A DNA stretch of 64,000 bases from a virus. The notes under the pieces are model-generated. The model had not been told where the DNA came from. It saw only the letters and a list, made by a program, of their open reading frames with translations, and made no database searches. The stretch lies in the IMG/VR virus record IMGVR_UViG_3300009431_000003. The stretch is one strand, 5' to 3'. Positions 18,236-27,381 of the stretch are shown piece after piece. How positions within the stretch are numbered: position 1 is the first letter of the stretch; each line of letters starts with the position of its first letter. The position numbers were made by a program, and so were the translations under genes.

Positions 18236-19725
18236 GTTATCAAACTGCCTTAGAAATAAAAGATCCCGAGATACTTGCAGAATTACTCAAACTACAAACC
18301 GGAGCCAAAAAGCTGGAGGAAGTTACTAAAGAAAGTATTGACGCTTATCTCCAGAAAATACTCAAGCTTGGTTGCATTACGCTAAAAGCGGCTTCCGGGC
18401 AAATAGACGCGGGGGCTGTTAAAGAGGCAGGCGCAGCTATTATTGGAGACCTTAAACAATTATTGCAGCAGTACAGTACCGATATGATTGTAGGTATCGG
18501 CTCCGCATTAAAGGAACACTTTGACCCGGATACCGGCCAATTTACTCAGCACGTCAGAAACCTTACTGTGAAAGGCGGATCTCTACATTCTCTACTACAC
18601 AACCTCCTAATCGCGGACAATAGCCCTCTGGCCGAAGCAATAGCGGAACATGTTGGGGATAATAGCCCGATTATGCAGATGCTGTCCCCAAATAATCGCC
18701 AAGGGTTAGTCTTCATGCTTCAAGAAAGTGTTTCTGATGTCCTCACCAAAAATAGGGAAAATATCCTTGCTGAGTTTTCTCTTGACAGATCAGACTCAGC
18801 ACTATCCCGACTCGTAAAAGAAGTCAGGGATTCAGGAAAGGAAGTTACTCAGGAATTCTCTCTGGATAGAGAAGACTCCGCTTTGTCCAAGCTTGTACAG
18901 CGCATAGAAAGGGTTTCCAAAGAAATAGCCGGCCAATTTTCCCTGGACAAGGAAGAGTCGGCAATCAACAAACTCCTGGAAGCAATCCAGGACCAGTCCA
19001 ATCAAAATGCTGACTTCTATCTGGAAGTCCGAGAAACCCTGGCAGAGCTAAAAGGAAAGAAAGCTTCTGCAGAGGCTTCTACACTTCATGGCTTTATCTT
19101 CGAAGAGGCATTAGGTAATCCTTTAAGAGAGATCGCATCAGGCCTGGGAGATATCCTGGAACATACTGGTAACACAACCGGTATTATCAAAAACAATAAG
19201 AAAGGCGACTTTGTAATTACTCTTAGTCCTGAAAGCCAAGCGCCTGGCGCCCGAATTGTTTGGGAGGCAAAGGAGTCTAAGAGTTACAATCTCAAAGCAG
19301 CTTTAGATGAGATTGAAGAAGCCCGCAAGAATCGAGAGGCACAGATTGGTATATTTGTATTCTCTTCTAAAACCGTGCCCGAAGGAATCCGGTCCTTGGA
19401 TCGCTTTGGTAACGATATTACCGTGGTCTGGAATGCTGTAAACAGTCCTGTTTCCGATATAATTCTTCGGGCTGCTTACAGCCTAGCCAGGGCTCTCTCC
19501 TTCCGTACAAAAGCCAGTAGTGAGGAGCACACGGCTATTGTCCAACAACTTGGTCCTATTATCCGGGATATTGAGAAACAAGTCGGCTACTTAGCTGACA
19601 TTATCAAATGGACAGACACTATTCGCAATAATAGCAACAAGCTATTTGATCGAGCATCTCGTATGTCTGAAACTCTTTTAAAGAATATCGAAAAATTGGA
19701 CCAGACAGTAGCCAAACTGCAATAA
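18232..19725 (+). CDS. Coiled-coil protein with C-terminal PD-(D/E)xK-like domain (RmuC/DUF2130-like)
   Basis: KGDFVI...IVWEAK motif; three FSLDxxxSAxxxL repeats. Confidence 0.55.
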   Translation: MSYQTALEIKDPEILAELLKLQTGAKKLEEVTKESIDAYLQKILKLGCITLKAASGQIDAGAVKEAGAAIIGDLKQLLQQYSTDMIVGIGSALKEHFDPDTGQFTQHVRNLTVKGGSLHSLLHNLLIADNSPLAEAIAEHVGDNSPIMQMLSPNNRQGLVFMLQESVSDVLTKNRENILAEFSLDRSDSALSRLVKEVRDSGKEVTQEFSLDREDSALSKLVQRIERVSKEIAGQFSLDKEESAINKLLEAIQDQSNQNADFYLEVRETLAELKGKKASAEASTLHGFIFEEALGNPLREIASGLGDILEHTGNTTGIIKNNKKGDFVITLSPESQAPGARIVWEAKESKSYNLKAALDEIEEARKNREAQIGIFVFSSKTVPEGIRSLDRFGNDITVVWNAVNSPVSDIILRAAYSLARALSFRTKASSEEHTAIVQQLGPIIRDIEKQVGYLADIIKWTDTIRNNSNKLFDRASRMSETLLKNIEKLDQTVAKLQ

Positions 19726-19904
19726 AAAAGCTACCATAGAAGAATAACGATTCTGGCGTGCGAAACCGTATTTCCTTACCGGATACAAAACACGGCAAGT
19801 AGCTTTGTCGGCGGTAACTCGGCATTACATTAATTAGATAGAATACGATAAATAATTTTCAAATTTAGCCGAGATTGCGCCGGAGCCAGGAAAAACTTAA
19901 TTAG

Positions 19905-20159
19905 ATGATAATATCACTTATAGAGACTGTCGGCGTGAAACCTCAAGATGTGAGGAATAAGACAATGATTTCAGTTAAGAAGGTTGGGGATAAGATTCAA
20001 GTAACTGATGGATTAGGCCCTAAAGACAAATGGGCTAATCACTACTTTTTGACCGAAGAACAGGTACAACAATGTCTCCGAGATTTCATAAAGTGTCATT
20101 GTGGTACATGTCTTTGTTGTTTGGTAGGCAAACTAATTGGAGATAAATCGGATGAGTAA
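19905..20159 (+). CDS. Hypothetical protein
   Basis: 84-aa ORF; start uncertain. Confidence 0.5.
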   Translation: MIISLIETVGVKPQDVRNKTMISVKKVGDKIQVTDGLGPKDKWANHYFLTEEQVQQCLRDFIKCHCGTCLCCLVGKLIGDKSDE

Positions 20160-20655
20160 AAAGAAAACAGTGTTTATGGGCACAACAAAAATAGAAGTTT
20201 CTAAAACTATTGGAGAGATACAAGCGTATTTGACTGATATCGGAGTTGCATCATTGCAAATAGAAAACGATCCAAAGACAAAGATCCCAAAAGCGTTGAG
20301 TTTTTCTATTGAAGTTCAAGATCAGCGATTATTCTTTCAGTTACCCGTAAGGATAGAGCCTGTTTATTGTTACTTCAACAGGAAGAGAGCCGAAAATAGG
20401 CAGTATTCATACAAAGAAGCTTGTGAAGTTCCTACAGACAAGCTTAATGACTTTTATCATGGTAGCGATCTTGCCCAGGCACGGAAAACGGCATGGAGGC
20501 AGATATTGCGTTGGGTAGAGGCACAGTTTGCGTTGATTGACACGGGCATGGTCAAGCCAGAAGAAATATTCTTACCATTTTTGGTCTCAGGGAATGGCGA
20601 AACATTATTCGAAGCCGTGGAAAGAACCAAGTTCAAGGGCCTTTTAACTGACTAG
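20152..20655 (+). CDS. Conserved-type phage hypothetical protein
   Basis: TKIEVSKTIGEIQ...QARKTAWRQILRWVEAQ...EIFLPF; GGAG RBS. Confidence 0.7.
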   Translation: MSKKKTVFMGTTKIEVSKTIGEIQAYLTDIGVASLQIENDPKTKIPKALSFSIEVQDQRLFFQLPVRIEPVYCYFNRKRAENRQYSYKEACEVPTDKLNDFYHGSDLAQARKTAWRQILRWVEAQFALIDTGMVKPEEIFLPFLVSGNGETLFEAVERTKFKGLLTD

Positions 20656-20672
20656 GAGAAAGGAGGAAAGCA

Positions 20673-20897
20673 GTGTACGATAGAGATTCAAAGGGAAGAG
20701 CGGACAAGGCGCAAGGGCAATTTCCTAAATCTGAAAAGAAAATTCGTTCTAAAGGAATTGATAAGGGACGCTATGAAGAAATAAGAAAGAAGTATTCAAA
20801 TATATTCTATCTTGATCCGGGGGACTATAATAAATATTACATGCCGAATAATACTATAACAGATACTTTCCTAGAAACAAAAGAAGAACAAAAATAA
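20673..20897 (+). CDS. Hypothetical protein
   Basis: GTG start after AGGAGG. Confidence 0.55.
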   Translation: MYDRDSKGRADKAQGQFPKSEKKIRSKGIDKGRYEEIRKKYSNIFYLDPGDYNKYYMPNNTITDTFLETKEEQK

Positions 20898-20949
20898 TTC
20901 AAATTGATCTTAGCTAGCTACGGAAATCGACTTTGTGGTATATTAAGTA

Positions 20950-21675
20950 TTAAACTTTAAGTTTCTTCTTTCTTATATAATCTACGAGCCTAAATATTGC
21001 ATCCTCTTTTATTGTTGGTTTTGCAAAACGTAAACCAGCAACGCCAGCACTAATAGCGTTTGGAAGCACAGGCTCTATCAGCCTCAAAGAAGAGGGTAAG
21101 CCTGCCGCTCTAAGTGTTCGATATCCTTTTATCGAAGCTACTGCTTCTTCCGGTACCTGTAATAAGTTACCAAGCCCTTTAACTGCTATTGTAGGTCTTT
21201 TTAATCTTTGCGCTACTTCTTTAGCGTCATTGGTTGTTGCTTTTATTCTTTGTTCTCGCAGGTGAGGAAATAATCGTTCTTTCCATGTAGGCTTTTTATA
21301 TCGTGCAATTCCTCCTCGAATCAAATAATTCAAGCTCCCTATAGCAGGTGGTATGCGTGATGCTGGAGCGTGGCCAATGTTCTGCAGTATATTTCCTGCT
21401 GTATAACTTCCTTTGGTAATTTTATTTATCAAAGACTTATTTTTCCAAGTATTTGCATGGCCTAGTTCATGAGCAATAACCATAGGATCATTTACAGCTT
21501 TACTCCCTAAAAATATTTTATTTTTAGAGGGTAAAAATGCCCCCCGGATACCAGGTATATCTTTTTTTATAAAAGAGATATCTTTCACTCCCGCTGTTTG
21601 GGTAAGTTTTTGCGTCAAAGGCGTATTTATTTCCTGGCCTAATTTAATCATTTCTTGGGAAAAAGCTATATTCAT
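20950..21675 (-). CDS. HExxH zinc-metallopeptidase-like protein with N-terminal motif
   Basis: VIAHELGHA plus downstream PEEAVAS; N-terminus AFSQEMIKLG; GGAGG RBS. Confidence 0.65.
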   Translation of the reverse strand: MNIAFSQEMIKLGQEINTPLTQKLTQTAGVKDISFIKKDIPGIRGAFLPSKNKIFLGSKAVNDPMVIAHELGHANTWKNKSLINKITKGSYTAGNILQNIGHAPASRIPPAIGSLNYLIRGGIARYKKPTWKERLFPHLREQRIKATTNDAKEVAQRLKRPTIAVKGLGNLLQVPEEAVASIKGYRTLRAAGLPSSLRLIEPVLPNAISAGVAGLRFAKPTIKEDAIFRLVDYIRKKKLKV

Positions 21676-21986
21676 TTAAGTATCCTCCAGGTATTTGGGA
21701 GTATTCTACAGCAAGTAAATACATATGTCTAAAATTAAGCTCATGCTGACAAAAAAAAAGAGACTTTTATGAAAAAGGGAAAACTTATGTAAAAACTGAT
21801 CTGTGGTATTAATTTGCCTCATCAAGTGGTTGCGGGGATGTATTCTTAAAAACCCTCGATGCTGCTCATGATAGGCAGCTTCTACAGATACCGGGCATCG
21901 GTCCTGTCTATTTGTCCAGGCCATACTAAGACCGCCAGAGCTAATCAATTCCAAGGAAAGCCATCCGAGATTCATAAGGAGGAAAT

Positions 21987-22481
21987 ATGAAAAACATTCC
22001 TGTGCGAAGTAAATATAAGAAACACGCAAAACGCCGGTCGAAGCAACGAGTCGATGTAAAAGGGTCTATAGCAAATGCTCTTGTAGACATTCTGGCTGAG
22101 AAGATCCAGAACTGCGAGCCTGATCTGGTCTTCCTCTATAAGAGGACAAGCTCCAGAAGCGTGTATCTGACAAAGTTGAAGGCAGAGCTTTACCGAGTCG
22201 TCTACAGCACTACTACAAAGACTGTGGTCACTCTCTATCCTATGGATACTCCTTTTAAGCAGAAAGAATCAAAGGAATACGTGAGGGCTGAGATTGAAAA
22301 CCTGTACGTTCAGCTCGAAAAACCGATAAATCCAAAATTCCCTGAAGGACATGAACGCACCAAAGAGAAGCTTGAAAACCTTCTCAGTAAGTACATTCTT
22401 TTCTTTGGGGAACCGTATAACGAGGAGAAAACACATGGCGGAAATGAAGAGAGAACAACTGTTGGCTCTGTCAAGGAGTGA
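21987..22481 (+). CDS. Hypothetical protein
   Basis: AAGGAGG RBS; HAKRRSKQR...VVYSTTTKTVVTL (RelE-like fold possible). Confidence 0.65.
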   Translation: MKNIPVRSKYKKHAKRRSKQRVDVKGSIANALVDILAEKIQNCEPDLVFLYKRTSSRSVYLTKLKAELYRVVYSTTTKTVVTLYPMDTPFKQKESKEYVRAEIENLYVQLEKPINPKFPEGHERTKEKLENLLSKYILFFGEPYNEEKTHGGNEERTTVGSVKE

Positions 22482-23055
22482 GTTCCCAAGTCCTGATGTC
22501 CATAGGAGTGTCATCGCTGCTACGGCTCTAATGGAGCTCCACGAAGTCGGGAAACTGCTCCACGTCCATCATCACGAAGAAGGCGATCTGTACGACCACA
22601 TGCAAGATGGTGTGGCGATCGCTATGGAAAAGGGCTCTGACGGAGAGAACACCTTCCATCTGCACCTCTCCGATAAAGGAGAGGGCACCATCAGCACCAA
22701 TCTCAATTTCGGCGGCATCAGTATAGGCGGCGGATCCCTGGCCATCTCCGGATTTATGTTGTGGACCAGGAAATACCCGGAAAGTGAAGAGGCGGTAAAA
22801 ATGATCAAGGAGGCTCTTGATGCGATCCCTCCTTATGAGATGCCTGTGATCGATAATGACCGGTTCAAGAGTGTCTGCAAAGCCGGCCGGGGCAGCGACA
22901 CCTGTATCTTCGCGGTGGTGGGTGCTGAGATCCAATGCGCTCGTAGGTCTAATCTGGACCGGCTTCTCAGACGGAAGGCTAAGGAGAATAAAAAAAAGGG
23001 GTCTGGTGCAGCGACAATGAATACTTGTACCTTTGATAACGGAGAATGGAAATGA
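22435..23055 (+). CDS. Hypothetical protein
   Basis: Start at MAEMKREQ after GAGGAG; C-terminal Cys cluster. Confidence 0.65.
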   Translation: MAEMKREQLLALSRSEFPSPDVHRSVIAATALMELHEVGKLLHVHHHEEGDLYDHMQDGVAIAMEKGSDGENTFHLHLSDKGEGTISTNLNFGGISIGGGSLAISGFMLWTRKYPESEEAVKMIKEALDAIPPYEMPVIDNDRFKSVCKAGRGSDTCIFAVVGAEIQCARRSNLDRLLRRKAKENKKKGSGAATMNTCTFDNGEWK

Positions 23056-23306
23056 ATGTATGGGAAATTGGCGCTGGGTGGTTACAAGGAACCCCCAGCA
23101 AGAAGCTCGTGGCCAAGGCTGCGACAGTAAAACACTTCCTATGGGCTCGGTACGATTGTAAGACCCGCATTTGGGAATATGTCCCTGAATTCTATTTGCC
23201 GGGGTTCCGAGCCCTCGGATACCACATTCGCGGAGTTAAGTTAAGAGCCAAAGGCTCACGACCTATTTTGCCCAACGGCCTATTTCCTGAAGAGGAACAA
23301 TGCTGA
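23046..23306 (+). CDS. Hypothetical protein
   Basis: 86-aa ORF overlapping upstream end. Confidence 0.6.
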   Translation: MEMNVWEIGAGWLQGTPSKKLVAKAATVKHFLWARYDCKTRIWEYVPEFYLPGFRALGYHIRGVKLRAKGSRPILPNGLFPEEEQC

Positions 23307-23426
23307 GGATCAACCAGAATATATGCCCCCCCCCCTGCCTGTTTTCAGGCAATCTGGCGGGACGGTCCTGCAACCATTACAGCCTGTACTACTGCAGGTT
23401 GAGAAGCCCAAGAGGAGGGATGTCAG

Positions 23427-23783
23427 ATGAAACTCGAAGATGTTAAGACAAAGAAGGATCTGAAGGCTTTCATTGAGTTCTGTAAAGAAAATTATGGAGG
23501 GTACTTAAAGGTGAGCCTGAGAGATGACGCCGGTACAGAAGGTGTGTGGGCTGTAGCTGCCTCGGCTGCTGACAGAGCGATCTATGAAAGCGACACTTCC
23601 AGAGGCGAGAAGTTTAAAGTCTTTCTATGTAACTATCCTTTAGGCGGGTGGTTCAAGCGGAAATGGGGATGCCCAGTAATCGCTGTGACTCATGGAGCAA
23701 ATAGACCTACTGCCGTAGAGAAAGATCAAGCAGATATTGATGAGGAAGTTCTCCAGGTAAACAATCTCTTCGAAGATCACTAA
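23427..23783 (+). CDS. Hypothetical protein
   Basis: GGAGGG RBS, 118 aa. Confidence 0.7.
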   Translation: MKLEDVKTKKDLKAFIEFCKENYGGYLKVSLRDDAGTEGVWAVAASAADRAIYESDTSRGEKFKVFLCNYPLGGWFKRKWGCPVIAVTHGANRPTAVEKDQADIDEEVLQVNNLFEDH

Positions 23784-24027
23784 GCAACAAAAGGAGATCG
23801 TATGTCAGATATAGCTGTAGAAGGCTTTAGTCATAGGAGGTATTTTATATCATCCAAAAAATAAGTTCCACAAAAATTTTTACCTAGATCCACACACGAC
23901 CCTGGGTACCCCTATTTTCAAAAAGGGTGGTTCGATCTTAGCGATCCTCATATACAATCAGTTTCTCCCGCCATGTACTCAAAAGTTGTTATTTCCCTGT
24001 AAAACGTGAAAAATACAAGGTTTTCCC

Positions 24028-24037
24028 CATAAGAGTA
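24028..24037 (+). promoter_or_regulatory. CATAAGAGTA motif (putative phage promoter)
   Basis: GTTTTCCCCATAAGAGTAAT in non-coding zone. Confidence 0.5.
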
Positions 24038-24321
24038 ATGACCGCGAATAAAGACTATCTCTCTCTCTCTCTCTTTGTCCGCGGCACAAACACAATCTTT
24101 TTGGAAGGGGATTGAAATGGCTGCATACGTAAGGTCGGACGGTAAGTTGTATTGGGTTGTCCGGGGCGTGGTCTATTGGTACCGCCATAGAGCACTAGAA
24201 GCCTATAGGGGCTTCCACGATTAGTTTGATCTCCCGGCGCCAAGTCGGGACAGACAATAGTTCCTGCAAAAGCAGGATAGAAATATGAATCCAAAACATG
24301 GATTTTAAAGGAGAAAGACAA

Positions 24322-24579
24322 ATGGCGAATGTAAAAGTTACGGCAGAAGCAGTCTACAGTCGGATGCAGAAGGCTGATCTTATTGAGTTCGGCACCAACT
24401 TAGGTGCAGGGCTTGCCGGCGCGGGGATCACAGCAGGGCTCGGTAAATCAATAAAAGATTCAGCAATGGTAGGCGGAGCGGCATTTGCTGGCTCCAGTCT
24501 CCTGACAAAATGTGGGAGACTCTTCTGGGGCAACAAAAAGATTCTCAACGTCCCGGGAACCACAATTAACGGTAAATAG
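24322..24579 (+). CDS. Small Gly-zipper membrane protein
   Basis: AAGGAG RBS; LGAGLAGAGITAG and VGGAAFAG hydrophobic segments. Confidence 0.65.
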   Translation: MANVKVTAEAVYSRMQKADLIEFGTNLGAGLAGAGITAGLGKSIKDSAMVGGAAFAGSSLLTKCGRLFWGNKKILNVPGTTINGK

Positions 24580-24596
24580 TCTCATAGCCGACCGTG

Positions 24597-24660
24597 AGAC
24601 GCTCTCAGGCGTAGCAGGAAATTGCAATGGCGTCTTGCACTGAGAGCGTCTCTTTTCTTC
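24597..24660 (+). terminator. Hairpin terminator
   Basis: GAGACGCTCTCAG ... CTGAGAGCGTCTC 13-bp stem followed by TTTT. Confidence 0.55.
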
Positions 24661-24698
24661 AAATTGTGTAAAACATGAATAAATAAGGAGAAATTAAA

Positions 24699-24902
24699 AT
24701 GAAATGGTTACAAACAAATCCTGAGCCTCAGGGATATAAGGATACTGCTCTCAATATTGCCAAAACCACAGGACGCGTAGGAATTGGCCTCAGCTTCTTG
24801 ACTGTGGGAATGTTCACCATAGCAGGACAGTTAGGACAAATGAATCAAGCTCTAGGAATGGTTCGCGGGAAAGATACAATTTCTTTCAAGAAAACAGGAT
24901 AA
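24699..24902 (+). CDS. Small membrane protein
   Basis: AAGGAG RBS; one hydrophobic segment. Confidence 0.65.
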   Translation: MKWLQTNPEPQGYKDTALNIAKTTGRVGIGLSFLTVGMFTIAGQLGQMNQALGMVRGKDTISFKKTG

Positions 24903-24909
24903 TTCTTTT

Positions 24910-24941
24910 GAGGGGGTTTGTTACACCCCCCTTCTTTTTTC
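24910..24941 (+). terminator. Intrinsic terminator
   Basis: GAGGGGG...CCCCCCTT followed by T run. Confidence 0.55.
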
Positions 24942-25053
24942 TTATCCAGTACATGGCCTCAGTTTCTCCCAGGAGCCATATGCTATTTTTTAGGTCCTTA
25001 GGTACTCTCTAAACAATACACATAAATACTGCACTAAAAACCATAAAATACAC

Positions 25054-25245
25054 ATAATTTGCAAATAAACGATTCTCATAACGCTCAGAATGTAAATCGC
25101 TGTATAATTTGCTCTCACGTCATTTCTACAACAATATGAGCATCTCCTGATAATACTGTACATTTCATTTTCAATTCTGAGCATTCTGAGAGTTTCCTGT
25201 AGAGTATTTACAAATAGAGCATTCTCAGATTGCTCAGAATTGAAA
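25054..25245. repeat. ATTCTGAG/CTCAGAAT repeat array 1
   Basis: 15-bp perfect inverted repeat TTTCAATTCTGAGCA (25169-25183)/TGCTCAGAATTGAAA (25231-25245); ATAATTTGCAAATA at 25054. Confidence 0.7.
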
Positions 25246-25362
25246 TAAGAGGATTACAGGGATACAATATACAGAGAGAGAGAGAGTATTGGTAAGAATA
25301 TTCTTTTATCCCGCGGCCCAAAGGGAAAGAATAGCTACTACAACTTAAAGAGGAGATATATA

Positions 25363-26307
25363 ATGGGACAAAGATATGAAAGTTTTGAGGAAGCACTGAG
25401 ACGGAACGAAAACCGTCTGTTTACAGTTCAAGATGCTAATATAGGAAAAGGAGAAACAAAAACCGGGAAAGAGCTACTGGTGGCTTTAGACGGAAATAGC
25501 ATTTTACAAAAAAAATGCTGGGGACCTTTCGGCATTGACCACGTCGAGACAGTTTCTTGGGTTGAAGAACAGCCAAGCCCTGTAGCGACTTGTTTAGCCT
25601 ACTACAAATGGGAGTTCCCAAGTTTAGAATCTGCGCTGACGTGTCAACTTGCTCTCTGTCAGGAGTATAAGACAGAGCAAGAAAGAGCAGAAAAGCTGAT
25701 AGAGGCCACGCCAGAGCTAACTGAGGACATGATCTATGTCCTTGGTGATTGCTATCAAGGAAAGTTGCTGGAGGAAAACTATCAGAGGTTTTCTAAAGAA
25801 ATAGGAGAAAAAGTCTCCCAGAAAACCCACGGTGGGTTTTCCTTTGTTCGACAATTTTCCGCATTTGAGGAAGGACTGGCAAATATATGCCTAATGTCCT
25901 TATCTGTAAGAATGTCGTTCCTGGGGCTAAAGCTTGATGATCCGCGGACACAAGAAGCGATAGCAGCTATACAAAGGACACCACAACAGGCCCTTGATGA
26001 TCTGCGGGAAAATGTGGAGTGGTTTGGTGAAACGGATCAATATCAAGGTGCTATGTTTCTCGGTAAGGCAACGCTGGAAAACGTAGTGTATCGAACCTCC
26101 GGCGGATTTATATATGGGTGGAGAAAGACTAAAAAAGGATGGGAATTCCTTTTGCGGCATATGCCGCGCAAGGGAACATTGATAACGCAGCTTAAGGATA
26201 ATAGAAAATGGGAGCTATCCCCGGCCCACTACTTCAGCTTTGGTAGCCTGTTCTTATGGGAAAGGAATGGGAGTTGTCAAGAAACTCCTCATGTACTTAA
26301 ATCGTGA
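25363..26307 (+). CDS. Hypothetical protein
   Basis: 314-aa ORF, GAGGAG RBS. Confidence 0.75.
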   Translation: MGQRYESFEEALRRNENRLFTVQDANIGKGETKTGKELLVALDGNSILQKKCWGPFGIDHVETVSWVEEQPSPVATCLAYYKWEFPSLESALTCQLALCQEYKTEQERAEKLIEATPELTEDMIYVLGDCYQGKLLEENYQRFSKEIGEKVSQKTHGGFSFVRQFSAFEEGLANICLMSLSVRMSFLGLKLDDPRTQEAIAAIQRTPQQALDDLRENVEWFGETDQYQGAMFLGKATLENVVYRTSGGFIYGWRKTKKGWEFLLRHMPRKGTLITQLKDNRKWELSPAHYFSFGSLFLWERNGSCQETPHVLKS

Positions 26308-26324
26308 AGGTTTGGTTATCACAA

Positions 26325-26378
26325 GGAATCATTTGACCAATTCATACTCCTCATGCTCGTAATTGGTCAAATGATTCC
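26325..26378. repeat. 18-bp perfect inverted repeat
   Basis: GGAATCATTTGACCAATT-18 nt-AATTGGTCAAATGATTCC. Confidence 0.85.
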
Positions 26379-26682
26379 AGTGGGCCACAGTCCAGAGGGT
26401 TGCAGGCTACGAACATAAGTTTGCTTGTACAATTAATAGGACAAGGAACGTGGAGGAAATGGCTGATCTTGGTAAGCTTTATCCCGGCGCCGAAGAATCC
26501 ATGATAGCAGAAGCCATGTCTAAAGAGTATAAGTCAAAGATTATTACTTCCAAATGGAAACTACCTCTGGGAGCATTTGGTGAAAATTGCGGCCCATCAT
26601 AAAGATGTGTATCAGGGTCACGCTTAAGCGGGACCCTGGCTGTTTTTCTGTCTCAAAAAAGCTGGACTTGACACAGATGGCG

Positions 26683-26840
26683 ATTCTGAGCATTCTGAGA
26701 GCCTCAACAACCGCTACCTTTGGCTCAGAATGCTCTGAGAGCAAGAAGTTTACAGATAGTTTACATTGGGGAACAGAAGTTGACACTCATAAATAGGCCT
26801 TTTTGGTATAATTTGCAAATAGACGCTCTGAGAGCGGTCA
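26683..26840. repeat. ATTCTGAG/CTCAGAAT repeat array 2
   Basis: ATTCTGAGCATTCTGAGAG (26683-26701) identical to 25174-25192; ATAATTTGCAAATA at 26808 identical to 25054. Confidence 0.7.
26804..26812 (+). promoter_or_regulatory. Extended -10 sigma70-type promoter element
   Basis: TG-G-TATAAT ~95 nt upstream of 26908. Confidence 0.45.
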
Positions 26841-26907
26841 TTTGTCTCATCGGCTATTTTTTACGATGGACAGGACTGGATAATCTGAATCTAAGTAAGG
26901 AGATACC

Positions 26908-27381
26908 ATGAAATTAAATACTGGACAACTCGATGCTTTAAGCCAGCTCATCGAGAAAATTGAGTCTCAACTTGATGAGATTGAGGATTTTGGAAGAGAT
27001 ATGTCTTTATTTTTTGAAACTGCTATGGACTGCCCTCTTTGCCGGCAAGCAGGAGTGGTTAATGACAGTGACGGCCTAAGAACCGTCCCATTATGTCACA
27101 ATTGCGTATTGAAGGTACTAGAGCCTGGTTTGGGGCCAAGCAGGACCCTCACCAAGCATAGGCAAGCTTGTTATTGTTTAGCCTACGCGCCGCCGGAAAT
27201 GCTCCATGAGTCCTTTGATAATATTATGGCAAAACATGAATTGTTGATTATAAATGGAGAGGATACTCAAGAAGAACAAAAGGCTCTTATTTGGTGGGAA
27301 AATAAGAATACGCTTATTGAGATAATTAAAGCATGGTTTGAATATACCTTAATTGCTGCTAAAGAATGGAGGAAACCATGA
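26908..27381 (+). CDS. Hypothetical protein
   Basis: AAGGAG RBS; CPLC...CHNC. Confidence 0.7.
   Translation: MKLNTGQLDALSQLIEKIESQLDEIEDFGRDMSLFFETAMDCPLCRQAGVVNDSDGLRTVPLCHNCVLKVLEPGLGPSRTLTKHRQACYCLAYAPPEMLHESFDNIMAKHELLIINGEDTQEEQKALIWWENKNTLIEIIKAWFEYTLIAAKEWRKP

Noticed and set aside
23325-23335. C10 run as a phase-variable switch
   Set aside because: It sits in a short in-frame ORF (CPPPC) with no recognisable gene to switch.
26780-26812. Full TTGACA/TATAAT sigma70 promoter
   Set aside because: The spacer is 21 nt, too long; only the extended -10 element was retained.
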